Positions 52,298-60,658 of a DNA stretch of 64,000 nt are shown in pieces. A program made the position numbers and the translations under genes. The DNA is taken from the NCBI GenBank assembly GCA_964649695.1, contig CAZYQO010000004.1:89394-153393 (forward strand), given 5' to 3'. Position 1 is the first letter of the stretch. Every line of letters begins with the position of its first letter. The stretch comes from an uncultured Candidatus Peribacteria bacterium (lineage in GTDB: Bacteria; Patescibacteriota; Gracilibacteria; Peribacterales; Peribacteraceae). The notes under the pieces are model-generated. The model searched no databases, was not told where the DNA came from, and was given only the letters and a program-made list of their open reading frames with translations.

Positions 52298-52561
52298 TTA
52301 CTTCTTCGACGGCATGTCGCAGCTGCAACCGCAGCACGCCTTCATGCTCTTGGTGAGCAGTGTGAGCGAAAGGGCAAACGCGATGAGCGAGAGCGAACCG
52401 TTGCTCGTGCCGAACGTGGCGCCTGCCGCAAGGACATGTGCCTTGTACACACCGATCGCCGAAGCGAGAGCGGAGATAAAGAGGAGCACCGTGCTGACCA
52501 CGTTGGTCAGTGTGCAGCCGGAACAACCGGAATTCTTGGCCTTCTTGCCGAAGAGCGCCAT
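52298..52561 (-). CDS. small two-TM membrane protein with terminal Cys clusters
   Basis: N-terminal CSGC, two hydrophobic helices, C-terminal CCGCSC. Has its own promoter and terminator. Confidence 0.5.
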   Translation of the reverse strand: MALFGKKAKNSGCSGCTLTNVVSTVLLFISALASAIGVYKAHVLAAGATFGTSNGSLSLIAFALSLTLLTKSMKACCGCSCDMPSKK

Positions 52562-52588
52562 AGGGAGGGGAGGAAAGGAACGCAGACG

Positions 52589-52617
52589 ATCGTAGCGGAA
52601 CCCGAAAATCCCTGCAA
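52589..52617 (-). promoter_or_regulatory. promoter TTGCAG-17-TACGAT for the small Cys-cluster gene
   Basis: Plus-strand coordinates: -10 at 52589-52594, -35 at 52612-52617. Confidence 0.5.
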
Positions 52618-52662
52618 AGAGACGCGCTGGAAGAGCCCCGCCGAAAGCTCTAAGCTTCCCCC

Positions 52663-55062
52663 ATGCGCATCTCCCACGACTGGCTGTCGGATTTCCTCAC
52701 CTGGACGGAACGCGATCCCCATGAGATTGCGCGCCGCCTGACACTGTCTGTCGCCGAGGTCGAGGAGGTGGAGGAGCAGGGCATGCTACTTGCCCATTGT
52801 TGTGTGGGAGAGATCATGGCGATCCTCCCCCACCCCAATGCCAGCAAGTTGCAACTCGCAGATGTGCAGACCGACCGAGGCATGAAACGTGTGGTGTGCG
52901 GCGGCACCAATCTTGCGGTGGGCATGCAGGTGGCCTTTGCGCATGTCGGCGCCACGGTGCGTTGGCACGGAGAGGGCATGCAGACGCTCGCGCCCGCCAC
53001 CATCCGCGGTGAGGAAAGCCACGGCATGATCTGCGCCGGCGAAGAGCTTGATCTGCAGGACATGTTCGCGCCAAAGCCCGAAGACGGCGATCGCCCGATC
53101 CTCAACCTCAGCCGCGATCTGCCCGGGCTGAAGACCGGCACGCCGCTCAAGGAAGCCCTTGGCCAGACCGATGTGATTTATCATGTGAACAACACCGCCA
53201 TCACCAACCGCCCCGACCTCTTCTCGCACCTGGGCTTTGCCCGCGAATGTGTGGCCGCCGGTTTGGCAAAATGGAAAAAGGCTCCGCCCGTCTACAAGTT
53301 GCCCGCGTTCCCGAAACATCCGCCCGCCCTCAAACTCGTGCTCGACGCGAAAGCCGCAGTGCCCCGCTACCTCGGTTGCACGCTGGAAATCGACGGAGCG
53401 GGTGAAACGCCGGAGTGGATGAAACGCAGACTGATCGCCACGGGATTCCGCCCGCTTTTGCTGCCCATCGACATCACCAACTATGTGTCCCATGACGTGG
53501 GCATGCCGCTCCACAGTTTTGCCGTCGACGAGATCGACGGCGACATGCATTGCCGGCTGACCAAGGCCGGCGAATCCATCACGACGCTGGATGACGCTGA
53601 ACGCAAACTGCCCGAAGGGGCGCTTGTGCTCAGCGACGACCGCGGCATCTTCGACTTGATGGGTGTCATGGGTGGCTTGCGCAGCAGCACAAAGGCAACC
53701 ACCCGGAAGATTTACCTTCATGCCGCAGCCGTGGATCCGTCCATCATCCGCCGAACCATCACCGCAACCGGCCACCGCACCGATGCCTCGACCATCTACG
53801 AAAAGGGCATCCCGACCGTCGCCGTGGAGTGGGGCTTCGCCCGCGCACTGCAGCTGTTCACCGAGCTTATTCCCGGCTGCCGCATCACATCGAGCCTGCA
53901 CCAATCGGGCAAAGACGTCGCGCCGAAGGCGATCACCCTCGCAACCGAGCGCCCATCGCAGGTGCTGGGCATCGATGTCCCCGCAGCGGAGATCAAAAAG
54001 ACCCTCACCGCCATCGGCTGCAGCGTGAAGGCGGGCAAAACATCCTGCAGCGTCACGCCTCCGCCCTGGAGAACAAAGGATCTGCGCACCGAAGAGGAAC
54101 TGATCGATGAAATCGCGCGCCTGCGCGGCTACGACCGCATCGCGGATCAGATGCCGTCCGCACCCGTCAGCATCCCCCCGCGTGACCACCGCGGAGCCCA
54201 TACACGCAGGCGTCTGGCCAGCGATGGTTACCAGGAAATCCTGCCGCTCTCGCTTCTCAGCCCATCGCTTCTTGCACAGATCGGCATTGATCCCGCGGCC
54301 TGCCGCCGGGTGCAAAACCCCCTTTCCGAAGACCTTTCCCTGCTGCAGCCCAGCACATTGCCGGGGCTGCTGGAGCACGCCAAACGATCGTTGATGGGCA
54401 TGGAAAGCGACCTGTGCACCATGCGCATCTGCACGGTCTTCGGCAAAACCAAAGAATATCAGGAACTGGGCATGTTGCGTGCCGCACGCGGCAAGACGGG
54501 TCTGATGGACGACCCCTTCCTGCAGCTGAAAGATGCACTGATCGGTGCCATCTGCGCGCTAGGGTACCGCGTGCATGTGGAAGAGCGCAGCGCGGATCAC
54601 GCATGGATGCACCCGGGTCGCACCGCTGCGGTGCTGGTCACCGCCGGCGACACGATCGTCGACGTCGGCCGCATCAGCGAAATCCATCCGGATGTCCGCA
54701 CCACATTTGATCTGCCCTACCGCGCGGCGGCCGCGCTGATCAGCTGGTCGCTGCTGCTCAGCCTGCCCGCATCACCCAGGAAGACCAAGGCCGCTGCCGC
54801 CTTCCCCGCCGTGACCTATGACAGCACCGTTGCCCGCCGCCACAGCGAGCCTGTGGGCGCCCTGCTGCACAAGCTCTCCTCCGCCCACCCCCTGCTGGAA
54901 GAAGTGACGGTGAAGGATCTCTACCAAGACCCCCGCGAAGACGGCTATCGCCTCACCCTGCGCTGTGTCTACCGCGCTGCTGACCGCACACTCACCGAAG
55001 AAGAGGCGAAGCAGGCACACACCGCCGTGCTCCATGCCGGTGCGCTCACCCCGTTGCAATGA
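52663..55062 (+). CDS. pheT: phenylalanine--tRNA ligase beta subunit
   Basis: MRISHDWLSDFL... N-terminus, tRNA-binding, B3/4, B5 and anticodon-binding-like regions, 799 aa. No pheS adjacent. Confidence 0.9.
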   Translation: MRISHDWLSDFLTWTERDPHEIARRLTLSVAEVEEVEEQGMLLAHCCVGEIMAILPHPNASKLQLADVQTDRGMKRVVCGGTNLAVGMQVAFAHVGATVRWHGEGMQTLAPATIRGEESHGMICAGEELDLQDMFAPKPEDGDRPILNLSRDLPGLKTGTPLKEALGQTDVIYHVNNTAITNRPDLFSHLGFARECVAAGLAKWKKAPPVYKLPAFPKHPPALKLVLDAKAAVPRYLGCTLEIDGAGETPEWMKRRLIATGFRPLLLPIDITNYVSHDVGMPLHSFAVDEIDGDMHCRLTKAGESITTLDDAERKLPEGALVLSDDRGIFDLMGVMGGLRSSTKATTRKIYLHAAAVDPSIIRRTITATGHRTDASTIYEKGIPTVAVEWGFARALQLFTELIPGCRITSSLHQSGKDVAPKAITLATERPSQVLGIDVPAAEIKKTLTAIGCSVKAGKTSCSVTPPPWRTKDLRTEEELIDEIARLRGYDRIADQMPSAPVSIPPRDHRGAHTRRRLASDGYQEILPLSLLSPSLLAQIGIDPAACRRVQNPLSEDLSLLQPSTLPGLLEHAKRSLMGMESDLCTMRICTVFGKTKEYQELGMLRAARGKTGLMDDPFLQLKDALIGAICALGYRVHVEERSADHAWMHPGRTAAVLVTAGDTIVDVGRISEIHPDVRTTFDLPYRAAAALISWSLLLSLPASPRKTKAAAAFPAVTYDSTVARRHSEPVGALLHKLSSAHPLLEEVTVKDLYQDPREDGYRLTLRCVYRAADRTLTEEEAKQAHTAVLHAGALTPLQ

Positions 55063-55598
55063 GCATTGTCACCAAGACCGGCGACGACGGCAGTACGGGC
55101 ATTGTCGGCACCGCACGTCTCGCAAAATCTCACGACCGCATCCACGCCTACGGCACCGTTGACGAGCTCAATGCCCTGCTCGGCGTCGTGCTGGCGGAGG
55201 GTCATCTGCCGCAGGACGTGCAAAGCGGCATCGAACGGATCCAGCACGAACTCTTCACCCTGGGCGCCGACCTTGCCGCCCCCCTGCCCATCGCGGTTCC
55301 CCGCATCACCGATGCGCACATCGCCATGCTCGAGGAACAGATTGTGCTCTGGGAACAGCAACTTCCCGAACTGCAGAATTTTATCCTCCCCGGCGGCTCA
55401 AAAGCGGGCGCCCTGCTGCACCACGCACGCACGGTTTGCCGGCGGGCGGAGCGGTGGATGGTGGCGCTGAAGCACAGCGAACCCCTTAGCGAACCGGCGC
55501 TGCGGTACGGCAATCGCCTCAGCGACTACCTGTTTTTGGCTGCAAGGGTCTGCAACAGGCACAATGGCCAAAATGAGCAGGCCGTACGCTATCGATGA
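55059..55598 (+). CDS. ATP:cob(I)alamin adenosyltransferase, PduO type
   Basis: IVTKTGDDGSTG...HAYGTVDELNA...IQHELFTLGADLA. Confidence 0.8.
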   Translation: MSIVTKTGDDGSTGIVGTARLAKSHDRIHAYGTVDELNALLGVVLAEGHLPQDVQSGIERIQHELFTLGADLAAPLPIAVPRITDAHIAMLEEQIVLWEQQLPELQNFILPGGSKAGALLHHARTVCRRAERWMVALKHSEPLSEPALRYGNRLSDYLFLAARVCNRHNGQNEQAVRYR

Positions 55599-55625
55599 TC
55601 GGCGCCAAAGATCGCCGTTCTGTGC

Positions 55626-55653
55626 TTGACTCGAGCCCTAAAACCCTTAAGAT
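55626..55653 (+). promoter_or_regulatory. promoter TTGACT-16-TAAGAT for rpmH
   Basis: -35 at 55626-55631, -10 at 55648-55653. Confidence 0.5.
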
Positions 55654-55684
55654 TCCCCGGCTGTAACGACATTCCCCTCTTTTT

Positions 55685-55846
55685 GTGTTAGCAAAGATCC
55701 GATGGCGCAAGCGTATGCGCAAACATGGGTTCCTGAAGCGCAGTAAAACGCGCGACGGTCGCAAGGTGCTCAATCGCCGCCGCAGCCAGGGTCGCAAGCG
55801 CGTAGTTGTGCAGCGCAAGCCGCATAAGTCCAAGTCGACGAAATAG
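55685..55846 (+). CDS. rpmH: 50S ribosomal protein L34
   Basis: GTG start. MLAKIRWRKRMRKHGFLKRSKTRDGRKVLNRRRSQGRKRVVV... matches the bL34 core (HGF..R....GR.VL..RR..GR). Below the ORF-track cutoff. Confidence 0.85.
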   Translation: MLAKIRWRKRMRKHGFLKRSKTRDGRKVLNRRRSQGRKRVVVQRKPHKSKSTK

Positions 55847-55928
55847 GCTGTCTGCATAGACGCCTGTGTTGTTGACGGTTTTTTGTCGTGCTGCTGACAC
55901 CGGGCATGAAAGCTCCTATCCTCTCCCC

Positions 55929-56225
55929 GTGCTCCGCTTCCTCCATTCCCTCTCGGCCTGGTTGTTCTACCCGCTGGCAGGCAGCTTCTTTGTCGCCTAT
56001 CTGCTGCTGCGACATCAGCTGTGGGGCGAGTTCCCGCTTTGGTGGCTGAGCATCATGGATCTGCCGCTGCTCCTTGCGGGCGTGCTTTACGGCGTAAGCA
56101 GCGTCACCATCAGCGTGACTGACCCGGACAACCCGTCAAAGGGATTGCTCTGGGGCACGTTTCTCCCCGCCGTCATTTTGCTTCTGGCCGTGTTGCTGTT
56201 GAACTTCGGCCTTCTCCCCGCCTGA
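55929..56225 (+). CDS. hypothetical 3-TM membrane protein (start set at GTG 55929)
   Basis: TATCCT lies 6 nt upstream of the GTG. Hydrophobic segments begin right after it. Confidence 0.4.
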   Translation: MLRFLHSLSAWLFYPLAGSFFVAYLLLRHQLWGEFPLWWLSIMDLPLLLAGVLYGVSSVTISVTDPDNPSKGLLWGTFLPAVILLLAVLLLNFGLLPA

Positions 56226-56226
56226 C

Positions 56227-57504
56227 ATGTACTCCCTCACGCGTCTCCCGTCCGGACTCCCTGTTCTGTCGATCCCGTCGACCAGCACCGCCGCCGTCAC
56301 CGTCATGGTGTTCTGCGGTGCGGGTTCGCGCTACGAGCGCAACGAGGAGCGCGGCATCAGCCACTTTCTGGAACACATGTTCTTTAAGGGAGGCGTGCGC
56401 TATCCGACGACCAAGGCCGTGAGCCACGCGATCGACGGCGTGGGCGGCGAGTTCAACGCATTCACCGGCAAGGAATATGCGGGCTACTACGTGAAAGTGG
56501 CCGCGGAACATGTGGAGTTGGCCTGCGATGTTCTTGGGGACATGCTCCTGCAACCCACATTCCCGCCCGAAGAGATCGACCGCGAGCGCGGGGTGATCAT
56601 TGAAGAGGAGCGCATGTACCAAGACACCCCCATGTACCGTGCGGGGTGGGACTTTGAGGAGCTGTTGTTCGGCAACCACCCCTTGGGCTGGGACACGATC
56701 GGCACCGAGGAGGTGATCAACCGCGTCACGCAGGCGGATTTTCAGAAGCACAAAGACATCCTCTACACGCCCGACAACACCGTGGTCACTTTCTCGGGCA
56801 ATATCAGCGACAGCAAGGCGCAGATGCTGGCCGACAAGTATTTCGGCGGGCTCAAAGGCAAGAAGCAGCGTGAATTCCTCTCCTTCGAGACCTATGGCAG
56901 CACGCCTGTCTTCATCCGCAACAAGGCCACGGAACAGGCGCATCTTGTGCTCGGTGTCCCCGGCGTAAGCGCGCTGGATGCCAACCACTTCGCCCACAAA
57001 CTGCTGGCCGCCATTCTGGGCGGCAACATGAGCTCCCGCATGTTCCTGCGCATCCGCGAGGCACGGGGGCTTTGCTACTACATCTCCACCGAGACCGACA
57101 GCTACCTCGATGCCGGGGCGCTCTCCACACGTGCGGGCGTCGACCAGTCCCGCCTGCAGGAAGCCATCACCGCCATCAGCACCGAATATGCGCTGTGCGC
57201 CAAGGACGGTGTGGACGAAGAAGAGCTGCACCATGCCAAGGAATACCTGAAGGGCCGCATCACGCTGTCATTGGAAGACAGCGAGGAGCAGGCGCACTTC
57301 CTGGGCAAGCAGCAGCTGCTCTACCCAGCCGTGCGCGACCTGAAGGAATACTTCGCCGCCATCGATGCCGTCACGCGCGACCAGGTGAACACCGTGGCAA
57401 ACACACTCCTCACCGCCGACAAGATGCGCCTCGTGGTCATCGGCAAAGACCTCAAAGAAGAGCAGCTGAAGGAGTGGATGCTCTCGCCGTTCACTGCACG
57501 CTGA
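56227..57504 (+). CDS. M16-family (pitrilysin/insulinase) zinc peptidase
   Basis: HFLEH (HxxEH) motif and GGEFNAFT. Confidence 0.8.
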   Translation: MYSLTRLPSGLPVLSIPSTSTAAVTVMVFCGAGSRYERNEERGISHFLEHMFFKGGVRYPTTKAVSHAIDGVGGEFNAFTGKEYAGYYVKVAAEHVELACDVLGDMLLQPTFPPEEIDRERGVIIEEERMYQDTPMYRAGWDFEELLFGNHPLGWDTIGTEEVINRVTQADFQKHKDILYTPDNTVVTFSGNISDSKAQMLADKYFGGLKGKKQREFLSFETYGSTPVFIRNKATEQAHLVLGVPGVSALDANHFAHKLLAAILGGNMSSRMFLRIREARGLCYYISTETDSYLDAGALSTRAGVDQSRLQEAITAISTEYALCAKDGVDEEELHHAKEYLKGRITLSLEDSEEQAHFLGKQQLLYPAVRDLKEYFAAIDAVTRDQVNTVANTLLTADKMRLVVIGKDLKEEQLKEWMLSPFTAR

Positions 57505-59383
57505 GCTGCACGACCGCGCTTTGGGCGGTGGCATTCTGCGGATCGTAACGGAGGATCGCCTGGAACTGCTTCAGCGCCCCGTCGCGGTCGCCCTGTTTTG
57601 CGAGCAGCACGCCCAGGTTGATGCGCGCAGGCGTTAGGGTGGGCTGCAAACTGATCGCTTCGCGCAGGGCATCGGCCGCCTCATCCGTCTGCCCGAGCAT
57701 GGTCAGCGCCACACCAAGATTGTAGTGCCCCTGGGTTAAGAATGGATTGATGCTCAGCGCCTTGCGATACAGAGCGACACCCTCCTCCACCTTGCCCTGT
57801 TGCACGAGCAACGCGCCGTAGTTCAGCGGCACTTCTTCGATGGTCGGATCAAGCGCCATCGCCTGTGCGTATTCCCGCTGCGCACCGTCGGCATCGTTGG
57901 CCTGCACCTCCACCAGACCAAGGCCGAAGTGGGCATACGCGCTCTTTGGATCAAGCGTCAGCGCCTTGGCATAGGCATCGCGCGCCTCGGCAATCTTGCC
58001 CTGCTTGCGGTACACCGCCCCCAGGTTGCTCCAGGTCTTGGCATTGGGACGGATGGCCAGTGCTTTCTGCAGTTCCACGATCGCTGCATCAAGGTTCCCC
58101 TCGAGGCGCTCCATGTTGCCCAGGTTGTTGTGCGCCACATGGGATGCATCGGGATAGACCGCGATCACATGGGCAAAGAGCGTGCGGGTGTTGTGCCAGA
58201 CAAACGACTGTTTCACCGCGAGCACCGACAACCCCACCGTCAGCACCACTGCCACTGCCACGAAGAGCCGATGGGTGAGCCCCCGACGTTCCAAACTCTC
58301 GCACACGCGATCGATCCCGACTGCCACGAGCAAGAAGACAAAGATGGACGGAATGTAGGCGTAGCGGTCGGAAGCAAAGTACACATCCAGATCGCCACCC
58401 TTGCTGAAGTTGATGAATGTCGGCGCCAGCGTGCCGATGAAGCCGAGAATGCAGAACGAGACCAGCGGCCAGCGGCGCCAGGCAACGAGAGACAGGGCTA
58501 GAACCAGGACAACAAGGATAAGGGGGATGAAAAAATCCGGCGACGTGATGGTGATGGTGCCGAGATAGGGATACAGCAGGGAAAAATTCGTCGGCCAAAA
58601 CAGGTGCCGCACATAAAACACCGTGCTCATGCACGCCATCAGAACCTTCTGCCACGTGGTGGTCGCCGCGACGAGCTGTTCCTTGCCCGCCACCGCCACC
58701 GCCACCAATGCCGCCGAGAGCAACAAATGCGGCGCCAACGACCTGCACTTTTGCGCCAATCGCTTCGGATCCTCCAGCGCCGCCTGCAGCAGCAAAACGG
58801 CGGGCAATGTCGCCGTCATCACTTTGGAAAGCAAACCAGCGAGGTGCAGCGCGATGCTGGAACGATACGCGCGTGCGGCTCCCCCCTCTTCAAAACGCAG
58901 ATACGCGATCCATGCACCCAGGAAGAACGCCGTGGACAGCACATCCTTGCGCCCGCTCGCCCATGCGACGGCCTCCGTATGAAGCGGATGCACGGCAAAC
59001 AGCAATCCGCAGAGGACGGCCACGCGCACTTTCCCGGAGAGCAGATGTGTCACGCGCACCACCAGTGCCGCGTTGAGCGCATGCAACAGGAGGTTTGTCA
59101 GGTGATAGACGAATGGATGCACACCGCCCAGCAGATAGTTGATCTGATAGGTGATGAAGGTGAACGGGATATACAGCTCGGGATCAAAATGCGTGAAGAC
59201 CCACAGCAGCGTCGATGGGGTGACGCCGCGAATGGCGGGATTTTCATAGATGAGCATGCCGTCATCCCAGCGTACAAACGCATCCGTCAGCACATGGACA
59301 TACACCGCACAGGTCAGAAGGAACACGCCGGCCATGGCTACGGCGAGATGCCGGTGTGCGGGTACGCGGGAGAGCAGATGCAT
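57491..59383 (-). CDS. GT-C-like polytopic membrane domain fused to C-terminal TPR repeats (TMTC/PMT-like O-glycosyltransferase architecture)
   Basis: About 10 TM helices, then at least 6 TPR units (...AHNNLGNMERLEGNLDAAIVELQKALAIRPN...). Start set at ATG 59383, with TAGAGT 7 nt upstream. Confidence 0.6.
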   Translation of the reverse strand: MHLLSRVPAHRHLAVAMAGVFLLTCAVYVHVLTDAFVRWDDGMLIYENPAIRGVTPSTLLWVFTHFDPELYIPFTFITYQINYLLGGVHPFVYHLTNLLLHALNAALVVRVTHLLSGKVRVAVLCGLLFAVHPLHTEAVAWASGRKDVLSTAFFLGAWIAYLRFEEGGAARAYRSSIALHLAGLLSKVMTATLPAVLLLQAALEDPKRLAQKCRSLAPHLLLSAALVAVAVAGKEQLVAATTTWQKVLMACMSTVFYVRHLFWPTNFSLLYPYLGTITITSPDFFIPLILVVLVLALSLVAWRRWPLVSFCILGFIGTLAPTFINFSKGGDLDVYFASDRYAYIPSIFVFLLVAVGIDRVCESLERRGLTHRLFVAVAVVLTVGLSVLAVKQSFVWHNTRTLFAHVIAVYPDASHVAHNNLGNMERLEGNLDAAIVELQKALAIRPNAKTWSNLGAVYRKQGKIAEARDAYAKALTLDPKSAYAHFGLGLVEVQANDADGAQREYAQAMALDPTIEEVPLNYGALLVQQGKVEEGVALYRKALSINPFLTQGHYNLGVALTMLGQTDEAADALREAISLQPTLTPARINLGVLLAKQGDRDGALKQFQAILRYDPQNATAQSAVVQLSVQ

Positions 59384-59471
59384 CTGCCACACTCTACGGG
59401 GAGTCTCTCAAGCCCGAAACCTGGACTTCCCTGCAAGATTGGTACAATAAGGCACTCTTCCATCCCTGCTT

Positions 59472-60014
59472 ATGAAGCGTCTTGCCACCTCTCTGTTCCT
59501 CGCCGGTTCCCTGTTCGCCGCTGCGGCTCCCGCATTGGCCGACGAAGGAGCAACTCAGTTGACCGCCAGCTCCTGCAAGGGCGAGACGGACAAGAAGTGC
59601 ATCTCCGACACCATCAAGCGCTGGAAGCGCGAGAAGGATGAGTTCGAGCGCTCCATCGACCAGAAGCGCAAAGCCTGGCTCGAGGCCAACCCGCAAAACG
59701 CCTCTGCCGAATGGGAAACCGCCCAAAAGGCCAACTCGAATGACCTCCGTCAGCAGGTGCAGGCCTATCGCAAGCAGCAGAACGATCTGGAAAAGGCATT
59801 CTATGCAGAGCTGAAAAAGAAACAGCCCAAGGCCGACTCCCGCGTGAACGCCACGGGCGCCCCCAGCCTGCTTCCGGGTCAGGACAAGTGCTCCGCCGGT
59901 GATCTGCCCGAGATCTTCCGCATCTGCATGCGTCAGGCGAGGATCAAGTTCCTGCTCGATCTGAAGAACAAGTCGTCCGCGGGCAGCTCTTCGTCGGCAT
60001 CCTCAGCCAACTAA
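59472..60014 (+). CDS. hypothetical secreted protein
   Basis: Signal peptide MKRLATSLFLAGSLFAAAAPALA|DE, charged helical core, Ser-rich tail. Confidence 0.55.
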   Translation: MKRLATSLFLAGSLFAAAAPALADEGATQLTASSCKGETDKKCISDTIKRWKREKDEFERSIDQKRKAWLEANPQNASAEWETAQKANSNDLRQQVQAYRKQQNDLEKAFYAELKKKQPKADSRVNATGAPSLLPGQDKCSAGDLPEIFRICMRQARIKFLLDLKNKSSAGSSSSASSAN

Positions 60015-60018
60015 AGGA

Positions 60019-60047
60019 TTGTCAGGCAGGCTTGGCTTCCCTACCAT
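60019..60047 (+). promoter_or_regulatory. promoter TTGTCA-17-TACCAT for ndk
   Basis: -35 at 60019-60024, -10 at 60042-60047. Confidence 0.5.
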
Positions 60048-60070
60048 GCCGCCACTTTCCTCATATCCCC

Positions 60071-60490
60071 ATGCAGCGCACCCTCATCCTTCTCAAGCCC
60101 GACGCCGTCACCAAGAAAATCTGCGGCAAAGTGATCAACCGTTTTGAAGAGGCGGGCTTCACCATCCGTGGCTGCAAGATGATGCATCTGAGCCCCGAAA
60201 TCCTGAAAGACCACTACGCCCACATTGCCGACAAGCCCTTCTACCCCGACGTGGAAACCTTCATGCGTTCCGCTCCGGTCATTGGACTGGTGCTGGAAGC
60301 TGACGACATCGTCGCCAAAATGCGCGACATGCTCGGCGTGACCGACAGCCGCAAGGCAGCCCCGGGTACGATCCGCGCCGAACTGGGCGTCGACATGATG
60401 GTGAACGTGGCACACGCCTCCGACTCGCCCGAAGCCGCAGAAGCCGAGGTGGCTCGCTTCTTCAAGCCCGAGGAACTGTTCGCGTACTAA
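60071..60490 (+). CDS. ndk: nucleoside-diphosphate kinase
   Basis: MQRTLILLKPDAV...GTIR...NVAHASDS (catalytic His). Confidence 0.9.
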   Translation: MQRTLILLKPDAVTKKICGKVINRFEEAGFTIRGCKMMHLSPEILKDHYAHIADKPFYPDVETFMRSAPVIGLVLEADDIVAKMRDMLGVTDSRKAAPGTIRAELGVDMMVNVAHASDSPEAAEAEVARFFKPEELFAY

Positions 60491-60514
60491 TCCTCAACTG
60501 CAACAACCGAAACA

Positions 60515-60535
60515 GGGCGTGCACACGCCCTTTTT
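60515..60535 (+). terminator. rho-independent terminator after ndk
   Basis: GGGCGT gcac ACGCCC followed by TTTTT. Confidence 0.7.
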
Positions 60536-60619
60536 CATAGGGCATTCCGGCACCAATATGGTGACCATGACCTTTTTTAGGCTGTGAGCAAGTAAATAGT
60601 ACGAGACAATCGAAAAGCA

Positions 60620-60648
60620 TTGTCAAATATCCGCGCGCAGCGTTGAAT
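60620..60648 (+). promoter_or_regulatory. promoter TTGTCA-17-TTGAAT, 10 nt upstream of ATG 60659
   Basis: -35 at 60620-60625, -10 at 60643-60648. Confidence 0.45.
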
Positions 60649-60658
60649 CTCCCGGATC

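Noticed and set aside
52786-54378. 530-aa minus-strand ORF (similar cases at 62747..63799, 9201..10073 and 14079..15152)
   Set aside because: These are antisense to pheT, the 1032-aa gene, NIF3 and prfB respectively. No motifs were found, and the composition fits a high-GC artefact.
60032-60070. Longer ndk ORF start (MASLPCRHFPHIP...)
   Set aside because: The predicted promoter (-10 at 60042-60047) would place the transcription start downstream of this codon. The canonical Ndk N-terminus MQRTLILLKPD begins at 60071.
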